DNA of 63,310 nucleotides, filler included, from Lenisia limosa (Eukaryota; Protista; Breviatea), in NCBI GenBank assembly GCA_001655205.1. It is 14 parts of 14 records of this genome, joined end to end, with 100 filler letters (N's around TTAATTAATTAA, not from the genome) between each part and the next. Parts side by side here need not be neighbours in the genome. Positions count along the whole stretch, not along the records: positions 1 to 11,422 come from LPNZ01003892.1; positions 11,523 to 14,234 come from LPNZ01010551.1; 12 more parts are not named here. One strand, written 5' to 3'. The notes beneath the pieces are model-generated. The model saw nothing but the letters and a program-made list of their open reading frames with translations. It was not told the DNA's origin and made no database searches. The translations under genes and the position numbers were made by a program. Of the stretch, positions 1 through 13,970 are shown in pieces. Each line of letters opens with the position of its first letter. Positions within the stretch are counted from its first letter, which is position 1.

Positions 1-319
1 AATACTGTTATGCTCTTATATTACTATGATATATAGAGTTACTGTGGTAAGTTTTGACTTACGAACCCTGCAAACTAAACCATCATTTTCCAAGTTCTCA
101 AAAAAATTATGACTGCACATTCAAAATGTGAGGCCTATGGTATAATATATCGACATATAGTTATATGATATATAGCTGTAATATATGTATATATTGCAAC
201 AGTTTTCCGTTTCTCAAATATCTCTATCAGCCGAAGCCGTTCACGTCTGACAAGATATATTGAATTATAGTGTAATATTAAATCGCCCAATCATTTGCCT
301 TACAAGTTTGTGTACATAG

Positions 320-1045
320 CTTTCTGCGTACCTCGAATCATACATAAGAGTTTCCTGGTTCTCACGAAGCAGATGCGTGCGATGTCGGAATCGGACAACC
401 TGCGAAAGGAGTATGAGAAGGAAAGGTCCCTCGACAAACGTGTTCGTGGTGACCGCGAAAGTGTCATGGGTAAGGGGGAGGGCAGTTGTTTTTTTTTTTT
501 TTAGGGGGGCGGACATTGAAAGNNNNNNNNNNNNNNNNNNNNNNNNNNNNNNNNNNNNNNNNNNNNNNNNNNNNNNNNNNNNNNNNNNNNNNNNNNNNNN
601 NNNNNNNNNNNNCAGTCGGAGCTCTCAATATGTTCCGCTCACAGCAGTACCTCACTTTGGGCGAAATTAACGCCGTGCTAGCACAGCCTGAGGTTTGCTA
701 AAACCAAGGCTTCCAACCCTACCCAAAATGATGAATTTTTCAATTAATATTATAACTTACTTTTTTCGGACCGAGGCCCAGGTATAAAACGACACATTTG
801 TGCATATTTACCATAAATTCATCACATATGTTGCATAAATGGGCTCTCTACCGTCACAATTTTTCTAATGAATAATTTTACCATCTATGGTGCCCACAGT
901 ATTGCACCTTACAATCTAGGCTTTCCTGAAAGAAATTTTAAGTGAAATTGCTGTCAAACACAAAAAAGGGTCGAATATCCATATGTACGAGCTAAAGCCG
1001 GAATACCTTATGGGAGGCCTCCAGCAGCAAGAGCAACCTTTGTAA
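320..1045 (+). CDS. GTF2F2: Transcription factor IIF beta subunit (RAP30/Tfg2), 3' exons only
   Basis: Hand-spliced exons ~320-469, 616-691 and 920-1045 give KRVRGDRESVM-VGALNMFRSQQYLTLGEINAVLAQPE-AFLKEILSEIAVKHKKGSNIHMYELKPEY...*. This matches the RAP30 C-terminal winged helix (KRARAD..., QP..YLKEIL, ELKPEY). GT-AG junctions keep the frame. Confidence 0.75.
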
Positions 1046-2945
1046 AGTGAGTGAGTGACGAGCTGTTTTGAAGGTGGTGGCTGTTTTCACGGTGGAGGGC
1101 TATTATATTATAAGTGGAGTTCTCTTTATTCTTGATAAGATGGATATGTGACTGTATTTTACTTATTTTTTCAGTTTAGAGCACCAACAACAGTTGTTCG
1201 TCATCAAGGTTAGACGTTTTGTGTTTAATAAAGATGGATATCTCATTCAACTTTTATTCGGGCCATTACCTTGATTTTTTTTTTTTGAGTTACACAGAAA
1301 GCGAGTTATAAGGCAAGGTTTATTAGTATACCTCTGATAAAATTGATGATGTGAACGGCTTCTGATATCTTTGTTTATTTCCCATCCCTTCCATTCACCT
1401 TGATCCCACTGTTGAAATGAAATATACCCTACCGATTGCTTCATGCTTTTCTCTGCGGTCCAATACTATAAAAATATGAAAGTTACGATAAAGCAATTTC
1501 ACATACTCTAATTTCGAAAGTTGACAATTATTGAAAATATTAATTGCACAAGGTCATGCATGTACTCTGGTATTGGATTTCACAGCGAAGCGTTGGCAGG
1601 ATTTTTATTATTCACTGGAAACACTTAATTTTATCCAAATTTAATGAGAATTCCAAAATTCTATGATAATGATGCGCCATAGTGTGAAGCAAAAATACAT
1701 TACAATGACGTCCTGTCAAACGAGGTGCGCTAGTCGATATACTTAGTTCGTTAATAATCCCAAAGAAAAGAGAACTTATTGGAACTTTAAAAGTAAAATT
1801 CTATGCTGAATCTCATAGAAATGTTGACTAAATTTATGCTTATGACTTTATGCAATAGGGAATTGACTCCCCGACATATGATAATCCTACCCATATGTGC
1901 AAAATAAAATATATGATAATTATAATTCTGAATGTTGCATCATACATCATGTCCCCCCAATATGGTTGTCTACTTCAACACTGTACCTATTTCTCCCATC
2001 CCAACCACTACCCTCCATTGATTATATATATCCGCCCCAAACCTGGCCATCTAAATCGACACTGCCGGTTGGAATGGACCAGCGAGCACTCACAATGATG
2101 CTGGTAAGGATATATGCCACAATGGCCACTACCGGTGTGACCGCAACATATCCGAAGGCGGACGAGTCATCAGCTGTGTGGAATTAACGTTAATCAACGG
2201 GTGTGGCAGGGGGATTAAGGATATCGAATAATGTGTGTAAATTAAGGTTAATCAGCTTGTGTGGTTGGAATTATCGGTTTATCATTATCTGATGTTTGAA
2301 CAGTGCAAAATCCATGAGTGTGTAATATTAGAAAAGAAAAACGGTAGTTAAAAGGACAAAACTCTCAAATCATCACGCTTCCGGGGTTACAGTCATATTG
2401 TATTTATTAAGTTTATTGTAAATCGTGAAATAGCAATAATATTTGGTACTGGCTAATTTGGGTTATGTCTCAATCTTTTATCTGATTTTTTTGAGAAAAT
2501 CACAACACCCCCCCCCCCCNNNNNNNNNNNNNNNNNNNNNNNNNNNNNNNNNNNNNNNNNNNNNNNNNNNNNNNNNNNNNNNNNNNNNNNNNNNNNNNNN
2601 NNNNNNNNNNNNNNNNNNNNNNNNNNNNNNNNNNNNNNNNNNNNNNNNNNNNNNNNNNNNNNNNNNNNNNNNNNNNNNNNNNNNNNNNNNNNNNNNNNNN
2701 NNNNNNNNNNNNNNNNNNNNNNNNNNNNNNNNNNNNNNNNNNNNNNNNNNNNNNNNNNNNNNNNNNNNNNNNNNNNNNNNNNNNNNNNNNNNNNNNNTAT
2801 GCATATATGTATATATATTATTGATATATGAGATATGTACTGATGATTGTGATTTCAGGTTTTTTGGCTGGTTAATGAGATTCAATAATTAGTGTGCAAC
2901 TTGACACATGACCAAACCTTCGAGTCTGAATCATAATAAATGGCT

Positions 2946-5030
2946 CGTTACTTTGGTAGCTGTGGAAAAGGCTTTTGATTTGGAAGCAGTACAACTAAGC
3001 GAAGGTAATTTTACTCATTCAGAATTGACATTTATGGATGATAATTACGTAATTTTGTACCAGAAAACCAAATAAATTGTACTTTTAACTCTGCATTCAC
3101 CTACCAGCGTACCTCCAAAAATTGGTTATTAATTCCATTAACTAGATTCATGCAATAATCCTCCACACACCACAGAATATGTAGTCATTCTGGCAACTGA
3201 TGCGACAAAGAAGCCAAATACCCATCTACATCAAGATCAACTTTTAAAATAGGAACCCAGTAAAATATAGGAGCACTTACTCTTTGAATAAGGACAAACA
3301 TGTTTTTTCCAGTTCAAACCTTCCCAAAATGCACTTGCTCTGTGAACCTGTCAGCTGATACTCCGGAGATGAATCATAGTGACATCCCGCTACCTACAAA
3401 TATATATTACCTTGGGGTTTCATGTACAAAAACCTTTATGATTTACAAAAAGGTGACTACACTATTTCAACTCATCCCCTCTCAATTTTCCATAGCTTGA
3501 AAATGTATTTCATGAAAAGCGGAGATGTATATGCCTTTACCATATAATCCACACTGCTGTTAATATCACCGCATTGTTGTGAATAGGTTGTTATAACTCA
3601 GAAGTGATATGGATGTTTGGTATTTCATAAATCACATAGAAACATTATACACCTGCTAAACTAGGAGCTTACTGTGATGTAGTGGAGGTACATGATGATG
3701 AAGAAGAAAATCAGAACCACAAAGAAGGCAATAACAATGAGAACCGAAGTACTGATCAGTTTCATAAGTAGTAGTACATCCTAAAAGATGATCGCGTTGC
3801 CTGAAAATTGGCAATACGTGAAAAATACTCAAGTATTGCAAATTATAGGTGAGTCTATATCAAATCTAAGAATATAAACAATTTTAAATAAAACATCTTT
3901 ACCTTGGCAACATTCTTCCATGTGACTGATGATTTGAAGAATTCACCAAATGTTGTTGTCAATTTGAACTAATTATCGATTAATTAATCATCATACTACG
4001 ATTTCCCTGATGGAAATGGATATTCAAAATATTTAGTCACATTCATCAGAGTGAAGCCCGGCATACACTGGTTGGAGGTCCGGTGACTCTATAGGGAATT
4101 CCGCATGACGGGCAGACACCTCTGGCTTTATCCTGAAATAATAAACAAAATACGAATTTCACTTTTGGTTTCACAAAATCAATATCGTGGTTTATCGAGA
4201 ATTCAATATTTTGGAACCGAGTGTTAAGCTCTAAAGAATAATATTTACTAATTTGAAGGAGATGAATACCAGTGTTATTCATTTTCGCAATTGTGTCGCA
4301 ATAATATTTAAAACTTTGCTCAGTTAAAATCAATCAGTTCCCACCAATTCATACTTAGGAACTGTTTTGCCTAAACAAACTACCAACCTTTCCAAGATGA
4401 TTTTGTTGAGCGTCAAGGCACTCTCTTGATTGGTAAGAGTGTTGTTGATACAGCTATTTATTATATTAAAACAGCAATATTTATAGAGTATTTATTATTG
4501 AATCAGACATTTGTTGGAAGTGAAACTCTGTTCCAAAACACCAACCTGTGAGCCCATCTCATGCTGCCACCGCACAAACAAGCATCTGCAATCATGCTTT
4601 CCTCTGGCCCTTCATCCAAGCAGAACCTAATAAATGAAGAAGTAATCGATAGTTTAAAGTATCCTTATGAGCGTGGTCACTGGTATATATAATACTGTCC
4701 TCATATTTATCATATCAAGCTATATGGATCTGAATCACTATTGGAAATATAATTTTTGCTCATTAATACCCGAAGTAAATTCAAAACAAAGTTGACGTTC
4801 ATATCGAATTTCTATTATGGTTTAGAATGTGACAAGTGACAACTTTCGCCTATTATACTCTCGCCCGGTATTTGAAATATAAAACAGAAATGAATGCTGA
4901 AATATAATCATCCATACTTGAATTTTTAAAGGAATATAACTTCTTCCAAACCTGCATTCCACTTCATCGTCTTCCATTTCCACTTCCCTGACGGCAATTC
5001 GTGTAATGGTTCCGGGTTAGAGTTGTGCTT
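2946..5030 (-). CDS. RINGv (C4HC3, MARCH-type) E3 ubiquitin ligase with downstream transmembrane exons; ends uncertain
   Basis: Exons near 4950-5030, 4548-4625, 4390-4425 and 4080-4135 splice to EDDEVECRFCLDEGPEESMIADACLCGGSMRWAHRECLDAQQNHLGKDKARGVCPSCGIPY. A hydrophobic exon at ~3665-3775 reads DVLLLMKLISTSVLIVIAFFVVLIFFFIIMYLHYIT. Confidence 0.72.
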
Positions 5031-6359
5031 GAGAGTAAATTTCAAAATTTCTTCACATGTCACGTTGAAAATTAATGTACAATTAATAGAACTATCTCAG
5101 AATTGAAGTGATAATTACAAATGAGAAATCACTTCAAAATAAATAGTTGGCTTGTTAGTATCAAATTTAATGTGGGAGGGGTGGTGTGTCAACTGTACCT
5201 GTTTAATTTGTTTACTATCCGCAGCTTCACTGGGTATTTTGACAATCAGAGGATGGAATTACAAATAATAATTAACCTTACACAAATAACTAAACCGTAA
5301 TATCTAAATAACTGTCTGTTTTCCCCATTTGGAAATATACCAATAATTATACTGTGGGCATCAGCACTGATTACTTTTGATAGCTTTCATGCTTCCAGTA
5401 AAGTAAAGCCAGCAGGCAGAAGCAGATGGCACTGGGTATTAATATAAACAAGTTCTTTATTTAAATTTAGATTTACCAAACTACATAAAACAACATATGA
5501 TAGATGTGGCATTTGGCAAGGAAAAATGAGATCTCAAACAGAAATCCCTATTAAAGAACATTACCTACTAGCCTTATGAGTGAATGTCTACGACCTTGAG
5601 GAGACGCTTTTTTCTTCAGTTTATTATATATCACCACCAGCTACTATGTGGGTAATTATACTGAATTAAGAGTAATTCTAGGAAGGATATATTCCTCCAA
5701 GAGTAATATACCCGTCAGGTTTCTAATTGTTTTTTTAGGGATAAAAGGGCGGGTCGTTCAGCTCGCCGGGGGCAAAAAGGGGTACGTTAGGCAAGAGTCA
5801 ACGCGACTCAAGCACAGGTTCAGGCATGCAGGCAAGGGAACGACCCTAGTGTTACTGGAATGGTACAACGGACGTAAATAGATTCGAAGTACCACACCAG
5901 CATAGCGAACGCAATGAAGCGTCAAGAGCGCCAGGTGGAAAGATGATCGTGACCACCAAGGCAGCTCCTTGTCGGAATAAGTTCTCCTGGGACGACTGGG
6001 TCATCCCAACTAGTATGAGAACGAACTCTACAACAGTTTGCATGCAACGGGGTGACGAGAAAAAGACGATCGTCATACTGAAATAGGAAATGAACTGGAC
6101 TTTGAGTGGGCGCCGGGCCAAATGCGGTAAGTTTAGATTTTTGGAGATATTGCTATGTCATTTTGTTTTTTTTTGATAGTTCTTTTCAAATCAAAGGAGG
6201 GGATTGAAGGAAGATCCTTAGAGCCTAATGTGTCACTCAAACCAGTCTGACCGAGCCATTTTACATTATAAAGAAAGGAAAATTGTGTTATTTTTGTTTG
6301 CTTACAACAGATATGATTGTCAATAGGTTGAATACGAAGTACTAGCGTAGATATTCGGG

Positions 6360-9300
6360 ATGAATGATCTTCAGTCTGAACCTGATCACCTTACGAAAGG
6401 GCTACAGAAGTGGTTTGGCCATGATTCCTTCCGCAAAAACCAGAAAGATGCCATTTCCGCTTATATGGAAAAGAAAGATGTCTTTGTCCTTGCACCAACT
6501 GGTGGAGGAAAGTCGCTCTGCTTCCAGCTGCCTGCGTTACTATCATCTGGAGTGACTTTAGTCATTTCACCGCTGATTGGTTAGTTAAATTCCCCTTCTT
6601 TCTCACATTTCTATCTAGCGCTCATGCAGGATCAAGTAGCAAACCTCAAGAGCAAAGGCATTAGTGCGGCTTGCCTCAATGCCAAGGCCAAGGACAGGAA
6701 GGAAATCGAAGTTTGTTGGGGAGAAGGGATTGAGTTCGTTTATGGATGTGGAGTATTCTATCATGTTCAGCTCTGTCATATGACGGTTATCTGTGACCTA
6801 TAGAACTCTCTCTGTCGGTTGCAATAATACGAGCACATGTCGATTTATACAGTATCTCAGGTTAATCAAGATTTCAGGCATTAATAAATTGAAATATCTT
6901 TTTACAGCATTAATCTATATTATATATAATATATATATATTTGACATGAACTCTAACTTTACCATACAGTAAACGGGATTACTGATTTTCCTTGGGAAAT
7001 CACATAGCAAATATGTCAAGACTTTTCCCAGTCACTGTATATTCCTCTCTGCACTAGAATACCCTGGGTGGTAAAGGGCAGAGCCAAAAAACTGACAAAA
7101 TATCGTTAATTATCGAGGATTTATCGAAAAATTCAGTCATTTTTGGAACCGAAAGTGAAGATCTAGAAGTGGAATCAATATCGGACGTCTACCAAGTCGT
7201 TTTCTGATTCCCTTTAGGATGATCTGCGCTCATCGAGGCCGTTTGCCAAGCTTGTCTATGTCACACCTGAGCTTATCTCCTCAAGTGGCTCGTTCATGTC
7301 GATCTTATATGGACTCTCAAGGTAGCTNNNNNNNNNNNNNNNNNNNNNNNNNNNNNNNNNNNNNNNNNNNNNNNNNNNNNNNNNNNNNNNNNNNNNNNNN
7401 NNNNNNNNNNNNNNNNNNNNNNNNNNNNNNGACTGAGTTTCTCGATAAATCTTCAAAAACTATTTAGTGTTAATTTTTCGAACCAAAGTCTAGGTGGAGG
7501 GCATGTTGCAGAAAAGTTGGAGGTAAATATTGTGCTGGTGGATCGATTTGTGTGTATTGGGGGACCTCATAAGCCTGTTTAATTACAACAACGGCTTTGG
7601 TCAGATACAACCTTATTTTTTATTTCTCATTGCTATATATTCACTACATTGGAATAATTAGAAAATGATGATAACTCTGTTTTCCCTGTTTTTTTTCTTC
7701 TATTTTATTCCCAAATTTATTCGATTCAGGGCCAATCTCTTGGATGGTGTGGCAGTTGACGAAGCACATTGTATTTCATCCTGGGGGCACGACTTCAGGT
7801 AACAAGGCGGTGTATATTCTTGATTCCAACAAAAACAGAGAAGTAAAAAACACAGTAAATAAACAAAAAAGAAGGCTGATAAATAGTATTTGTCTTTTTT
7901 GGACTGCTAGGGAGCTATGGTAGTAGTAGAGGATTCTCTATCCCAAGAATTTTTTTAGTTTAATGTGATTTCTTGCTATCAGTAAAGTGGATTTTGCCCG
8001 TCTTAGATTATCCTATTGGGCACAATAAAGGTCGGTAAACTATCGAAATATATTGATGCCTTTTAGATCCGCCTATCGAGCTTTAGGCGTTATCAAGACC
8101 AAGTTCCCAAGGGTTCCTATTATCGCGTTAACTGCAACTGCTACAAGAAGGTTTGATCGATATCCGTATTTCACTATAAATAGGACTCTTACTGTTTTCT
8201 CTTTTGTTCAAAAACTCGATAAAATATCGACGAATTGAAGCCATTATGATTACTGTCCAGGGTTTGTGATGACATATTGGTGTCTCTCGGAATTACAAAT
8301 GCCCGCGTCTTCAGAGCATCATTCAACAGACCAAATATCCGATATGAGGTATGTGGATTTGGTTTGGTAATAATATTAAACAATAATCCAATATCTCTTT
8401 TAAGAGTGATGTCGTGGACGGCTTCGGCCAGGTAATATAACTTTTTTTTATTTCTCATTAATATATGTGTGGAACAGATATGACGAATAGTCTGTGAGAT
8501 TTTGCAGATGATTATCAATTATTCTCCTTAGTGGCCTTTTTTTAGAAACCTCCCATCTCCCATCAGGCCTGAAACTCCCTTCATTTCCCATTTCTTTTAA
8601 TATTTATTCCTTTAGGTTCGATACAAAGATGGCATTGACAATGTGGAAGAGGACATTCTGGTTTGCGGACGGTTGTTTTGGATAAGATGGTTCATCTAAA
8701 AATGGGATGGTATTTTGTTTGTTAGAGACTCTAGCTAAAGGGATAAAAGATGTTTTTGAAATGAAAATATTTAAAACTAAGACCGATTTTTTCAAGTTTT
8801 TTATTTCTCATCTCTCTATACTACTAAGGATTCCTCTGATTCCCTAGCGAGTGATCAAGTCCATGGGTAACGACGAGGAACAGGCATGTGGCATTATCTA
8901 TTGCCATACCAGGGCGTCATGTGAGGAAATCTCGGCCTTTCTCAACTCTCGAGGTCTCAAGGCAGCTGGTGGGGAATTAAGTTTTTCCCATGAAATTTAT
9001 TACATAATGTATACTACGTATATGTTATAATCATGTTCTTTTTTCTGAGCAGTACTGGCCACGTTGTCAGATACCTCATACTTTCATTTGAAAAAAACAA
9101 ATATAATGCCCTTGTGACGCTTTAGCGTACCACAGTCAAGCAAAAGACAGAGACTATATCGTGGAATGCTGGCAGGTGAGCTCATAGTATTAATTTTTCT
9201 TGGTAAAAAAAAGTATTTTTCTCAAATTAGGCTCCTTCATCGTTATTCGTTTTTAAAAGCAGCCTAACCTGGTCAGAACAAAACGCTTCACCTTGTTTGC

Positions 9301-11227
9301 TCAACAGTTGCCTTCGGCATGGGTATCGACAGAGGTGATGTACGGTGTGTGGGAAAAAAACCCTACAGAATAGGAGGGGTGGGTGGGGGTGCTTCAGTTT
9401 CAGTTTTAAAAGAATATTATTTCTCAAAGAATTCAGCCTTTTTTGATAGGTTTTTTTATCTTTTCATACTTGCTCACCCCCTCTCTCTCTCTCTCTGTTA
9501 ATGTCACACCAGATGGTATTTCCACTCCCCGGGCCACCAGGGTTGGGGGGCAGTAACTTTTCTCATTTGTTCAGATTTGTGATCCACTATGACATCTCAA
9601 AAAGCGTTGAAGGCTATTACCAGGTTGGCGATGTAGCAGCTGTGTGTTTTGTATGTCATATTTAATTGCATATTATGATCAATCTTAGACTCAGAGGTAA
9701 GGAGAAATACACTGACTGCTCTAAGTCCTTTCAACTAACGATTAGGGCTTCCCTACTCTCCGAAAAAGACCGGTCAAATATCAATATTTAACGAGGATTT
9801 ATCGAGATATTCGGTCTTTTTTGGGACTGTAGGGAACCGCTACTAATGATAAAGCTCAATATTCGTGCGAGGACTTATTGCGGTCACTGTCTCTAAAGGA
9901 CAGTAGACAAAAACAGATATTTATGGCATGTTTAGGTCTTCATTCCGGCTGAATTTCTCGACAAATCACGGATATATTTCAAGAGGAAGTGAAGCCCTAC
10001 CTATTGTTATTCATGTTGACCCAAAAGGAAAGCGGCCGAGCTGGAAGAGACGGTCTACCTTCCCGCGCGATTCTCTACTACAGCGCTACTGATCGTGATA
10101 AGCATCTCTTCCTCATGCAGTGGGTTATAAGTGGGGCTTCCTACGGTCCGAAAATGACCGTAAAACATCGAAACTTTTCGAGGAGTTATTGATTCTGTCT
10201 TTTTGGGAGAGGGTCTCAATTAAGTTAAAAGAGAGGGAAATTATCTAGTCCTATTCTAATTCATGCGGAGATCTGTGATTTGTTTGATTTAATCATGTTC
10301 TTGAATAGGTCATTTAGCCTACATCACAAAAAACACACTTTTTTTCATTGACCCGACCGTTCACTCTAGGCAAGACGTGAAGCGCAAAAACGGTGACAAC
10401 CCTGAGAGTGAGGAAGACAAGGCATCTAGAGAGGCGTTTTACAAGGTCTGGAGAGGGCATTTGACCAGTGTGTAGCTTGTCAAGACTTGTATATGACCCA
10501 TATAGATACTATGAATATACTACCTTGTGTGGAAATTGACCAGTTTAGCTAGTTGAGATCTGTGAGCACGCAAACTGTCGCCGTGCTGGCCTGTTAGCCT
10601 ACTTTGATGAAACTGCCAACACCAACCACATTGATAAGGTGCGCAGCTTTGGTCATTGGTTCAAGCTAGGGATTCACTATAATCCTAAAAAAAAGACTGA
10701 ATTTCTCATATTCGATAAATATCGATATTCTCCAGGTCTTTTTTTTTGGACTGGAGTTTAGCCGTAGCTATCAACTTAGTAGAAATGTTGGCCTTTTTAT
10801 TTGTAATCAAACTGCATCTGTTATAATGATTCCTTTCTATTCATTTGGTTTCAGTTCAAAAAATTATAAAACCTTAAGCCTCACGCGACTGACCTGACCT
10901 TTATTTCAACTCTCGTGTGTTGCTAGCCAACAGAGTTGATTTTGGGCTTTTTTTGTCTCATTTTTTCCAAATTTACCCCCCCTCCTAGGTCAATTGCTGC
11001 GATGTGTGCACAACTCCAATGAAAGTTAGACAACTTCTCCAACGGTTTGAAAAGTGATTTCTGTGTACACATTCCTTTTTAAGCAATACTATCTTCACAT
11101 CTCATATCCCAATATACTACCACTATATGAAGATTTCTTTATTGCCCAGGTTGAACATTAAGTCGAACCAGAAAAGAGGCCCTAAGTCAAGTGTCACTGC
11201 TAGGGACCTGAAGCATCCTCAGCCAGG
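6360..11227 (+). CDS. RECQ: RecQ-family DNA helicase, about 15 exons, 3' end cut by a linker
   Basis: Motifs in order across GT-AG introns: [97 protein letters not shown], and RQC zinc cysteines ([10 protein letters not shown]...CCDVC). The first intron (6580-6618) is 39 nt. Confidence 0.95.
8385..8432 (+). repeat. Repeat family D: ~50-bp dispersed repeat
   Basis: AATCCAATATCTCT...GTGATG..GTGGACG(GCTTCG) at ~8385-8432, ~13996-14043 and ~39823-39870. Confidence 0.6.
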
Positions 11228-11639
11228 TGGGGTTTATTGAAACTAGGATCATAAAGATCCAATGGTTAACTTTACACAACACACCTATAATTCGGACTAG
11301 AGCTTCACTTTCGGTCCGGAAAGGAATCTTCCATAAATCGTCGATAAATCTTGATATTTTATAAATATATATATATATGCTGCTGCACCAAAACCGTGTC
11401 ATTAATTCAGAAACCGTGTCATNNNNNNNNNNNNNNNNNNNNNNNNNNNNNNNNNNNNNNNNNNNNTTAATTAATTAANNNNNNNNNNNNNNNNNNNNNN
11501 NNNNNNNNNNNNNNNNNNNNNNGTCAAACTTTTTCTAAAACTAGACTGGAGTGCTGGGCTTGGTTTTGTTATTTTCATCCTACCTTATACCCCCCATACT
11601 CTCTCTCATAACCTCCATATACTCCCCACCCCCTTTATA

Positions 11640-13970
11640 CCCTCACCTGTTTGACCGGTCTGACATTGAGGACTTTCTTCTTGTTGGACAGAGGGTTGGC
11701 AGCCTTCGCTCTCTTCACGTGTTTCTTCTCTCCTGAAATGTAAGATTAAATTCCTCTTCTCAATGTAATTGATTAAACACTTCCTCTTCTCTCTATGCAA
11801 TGATTAAACACTTCTTTTCTCTATTGTGTAATTGATTAAATAGACTCATATCTCTGCTGACTTGTCACCCACATACCCATCATATCTCTGATGACCTGTC
11901 TTTCCTCTTCGACTTTCCTTTGTTCCATTTCCTCCTTCTGCGAGGGGTTAAAATTGAAAGTACCTACGGCCCGAAAAAGACAGGTAAAATATTGGTACTA
12001 TCGAGGATTTATCGAAATTTGGTCGTTTTTTTGGATCATTGGGAAGCCCTGGATAGAAGTAGGTGCCAGTAATCTTCTGACAATANNNNNNNNNNNNNNN
12101 NNNNNNNNNNNNNNNNNNNNNNNNNNNNNNNNNNNNNNNNNNNNNNNNNNNNNNNNNNNNNNNNNNNNNNNNNNNNNNNNNNNNNNNNNNNNNNNNNNNN
12201 NNNNNNNNNNNNNNNNNNNNNNNNNNNNNNNNNNNNNNNNNNNNNNNNNNNNNNNNNNNNNNNCTCCATATTTGACTTAATAGACTTCATGGGGGGAAGC
12301 AGTGTGACAACTAGGTGTGTGAGTGGATTTTGGAATGAGAAAATGATTACTATAAATATCAGTTTGGACAAAGCCGTCCACACCATCAGGCTTTCCCCTC
12401 CCTTTGTTCATAGTAAGGGTCAAAATATGGCTACCTTATAGACAATAACCCCATTCTATACCAGTGACCGGGATTCTTGACCGATTTTCTCGGGGAAATC
12501 AAAGAGCAAATCGGTCAAGACTTATCCTGATCACTGTACACAATATCACCCCCCCCCCCCNNNNNNNNNNNNNNNNNNNNNNNNNNNNNNNNNNNNNNNN
12601 NNNNNNNNNNNNNNNNNNNNNNNNNNNNNNNNNNNNNNNNNNNNNNNNNNNNNNNNNNNNNNNNNNNNNNNNNNNNNNNNNNNNNCCTCGGGACCTTTTC
12701 CAGTTAATAACAGGGGGGGAAATGGAAGGGACCTTCCAGAATAGCGGGGGACATGTTGTGGGTTACTTTGGGAAATATTGACTGTATTTTGGGTTAAATT
12801 AAAGGGATGAGTAGAGATGCTAAATAATGGCAGGAAGTATCTGGCTGAAGGCGTCCTCACCATCACACGTGTTGGAAGAAAGTTGTAATATATTGGTTTA
12901 ATGGGATAATACAGAATTAAAGCGGCTTTGGGGAGAAAAGAATCAAGATAATATTTCCTGAGTTTTCTAACAGGTTACTTTTTGGGATGTTTATTATCAA
13001 TCGTGGAAATAGTATAAAAATAGGGTAATTTGAATCAACAGATTCGCTTCAACGGAATGCTTTAAGTTGAAACACGAAAATTTGCTGGAACAAATTCTAA
13101 AACAAGATAAAAAGAAGCAAAAGAAATTTTATAAAAATAAACATGATAAAAGAAACAAAGAAATTTCATAAAAAAAACCCTTACCGTCTGCAGCGATGGT
13201 AGGGTGTTGTTGCTGTGCGACTAAACTGGGGGGGGGAGTAAAACTGGAAAATTTATAAAATAAAATAAAAAAAAAATCAACTCTATTGGCTGACAACACA
13301 AAAGGGTTGATAACAAAAAAACAAAAAAAAAAGCCCAAGCCAGTCGCTTCGGCAACACCGCATCCCATCACTCCAGCGTAGCACATAAGGATCATTGATA
13401 TATTTACCCTCAACACCTAAAACGACAACAGATTGCCCAATAAAGACACTAATATTTCCCCCAAACACACACCTAAAACGGCTGCCCCCCCCCCCAAAAA
13501 AAAAGAAGAAGAAGATCCCTCTCCCTAAAAAAACCACGCACCTAAAAAGGCACTCGATTGCGGGTTTGGCATTANNNNNNNNNNNNNNNNNNNNNNNNNN
13601 NNNNNNNNNNNNNNNNNNNNNNNNNNNNNNNNNNNNNNNNNNNNNNNNNNNNAAGATGGATAATTTGGGAAATTGGGAACTTTATAAAACAAATTTATAA
13701 ATATTTAACAAAACAGCGACAAAACAAATAAAGTCTAGCGGCAGATCAGCAAATAAAACGAGACAATTTTGATTATCGCTTAATATATCTACCCCTTTTC
13801 TCCCCATCCGCCCACACACCTCAATGTACTTCTCAACTTGCTTGAAAATGGCCCTGTGGAATGAGAGGGTGATACGATTTTGTGGGTGGGAGTTGTGTGA
13901 CGGAGGTGGAGGGTTGATGGGAAGTCTCAGAGTCTATCACTTCGTAATTTGACAGAAACCATTTCACATT
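11640..13970 (-). CDS. Exons of an unidentified low-complexity protein
   Basis: AG/GT-bounded open segments at ~11648-11735 (GEKKHVKRAKAANPLSNKKKVLNVRPVKQ), ~11897-11940, 13184-13226 and ~13840-13970. No recognisable domain. Confidence 0.4.
13227..13385 (-). repeat. Repeat family B: intronic ~100-200-bp element that usually ends at a 3' splice site (representative copy)
   Basis: Core GTTGCTAGCCAACAGAGTTGATTTT...TTTCATAAATTT..TTTAC-C-tract-AG. Copies at ~10917-10987(+), 14977-15049(-), 20641-20720(-, degenerate), 38340-38473(+), 42575-42695(-), 47850-47948(-), 49915-49945(-, partial) and 53578-53645(-). Confidence 0.8.

Noticed and set aside
3160-3400. Sushi/CCP-like cysteine patterns on the minus strand
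   Set aside because: The frames do not splice consistently; the region is better explained as the tail of the RINGv membrane protein.
11467-11478. TTAATTAATTAA recurring 13 times as a possible biological motif
   Set aside because: Always centred in exactly 88 N; it is an assembly linker with stops in all six frames.
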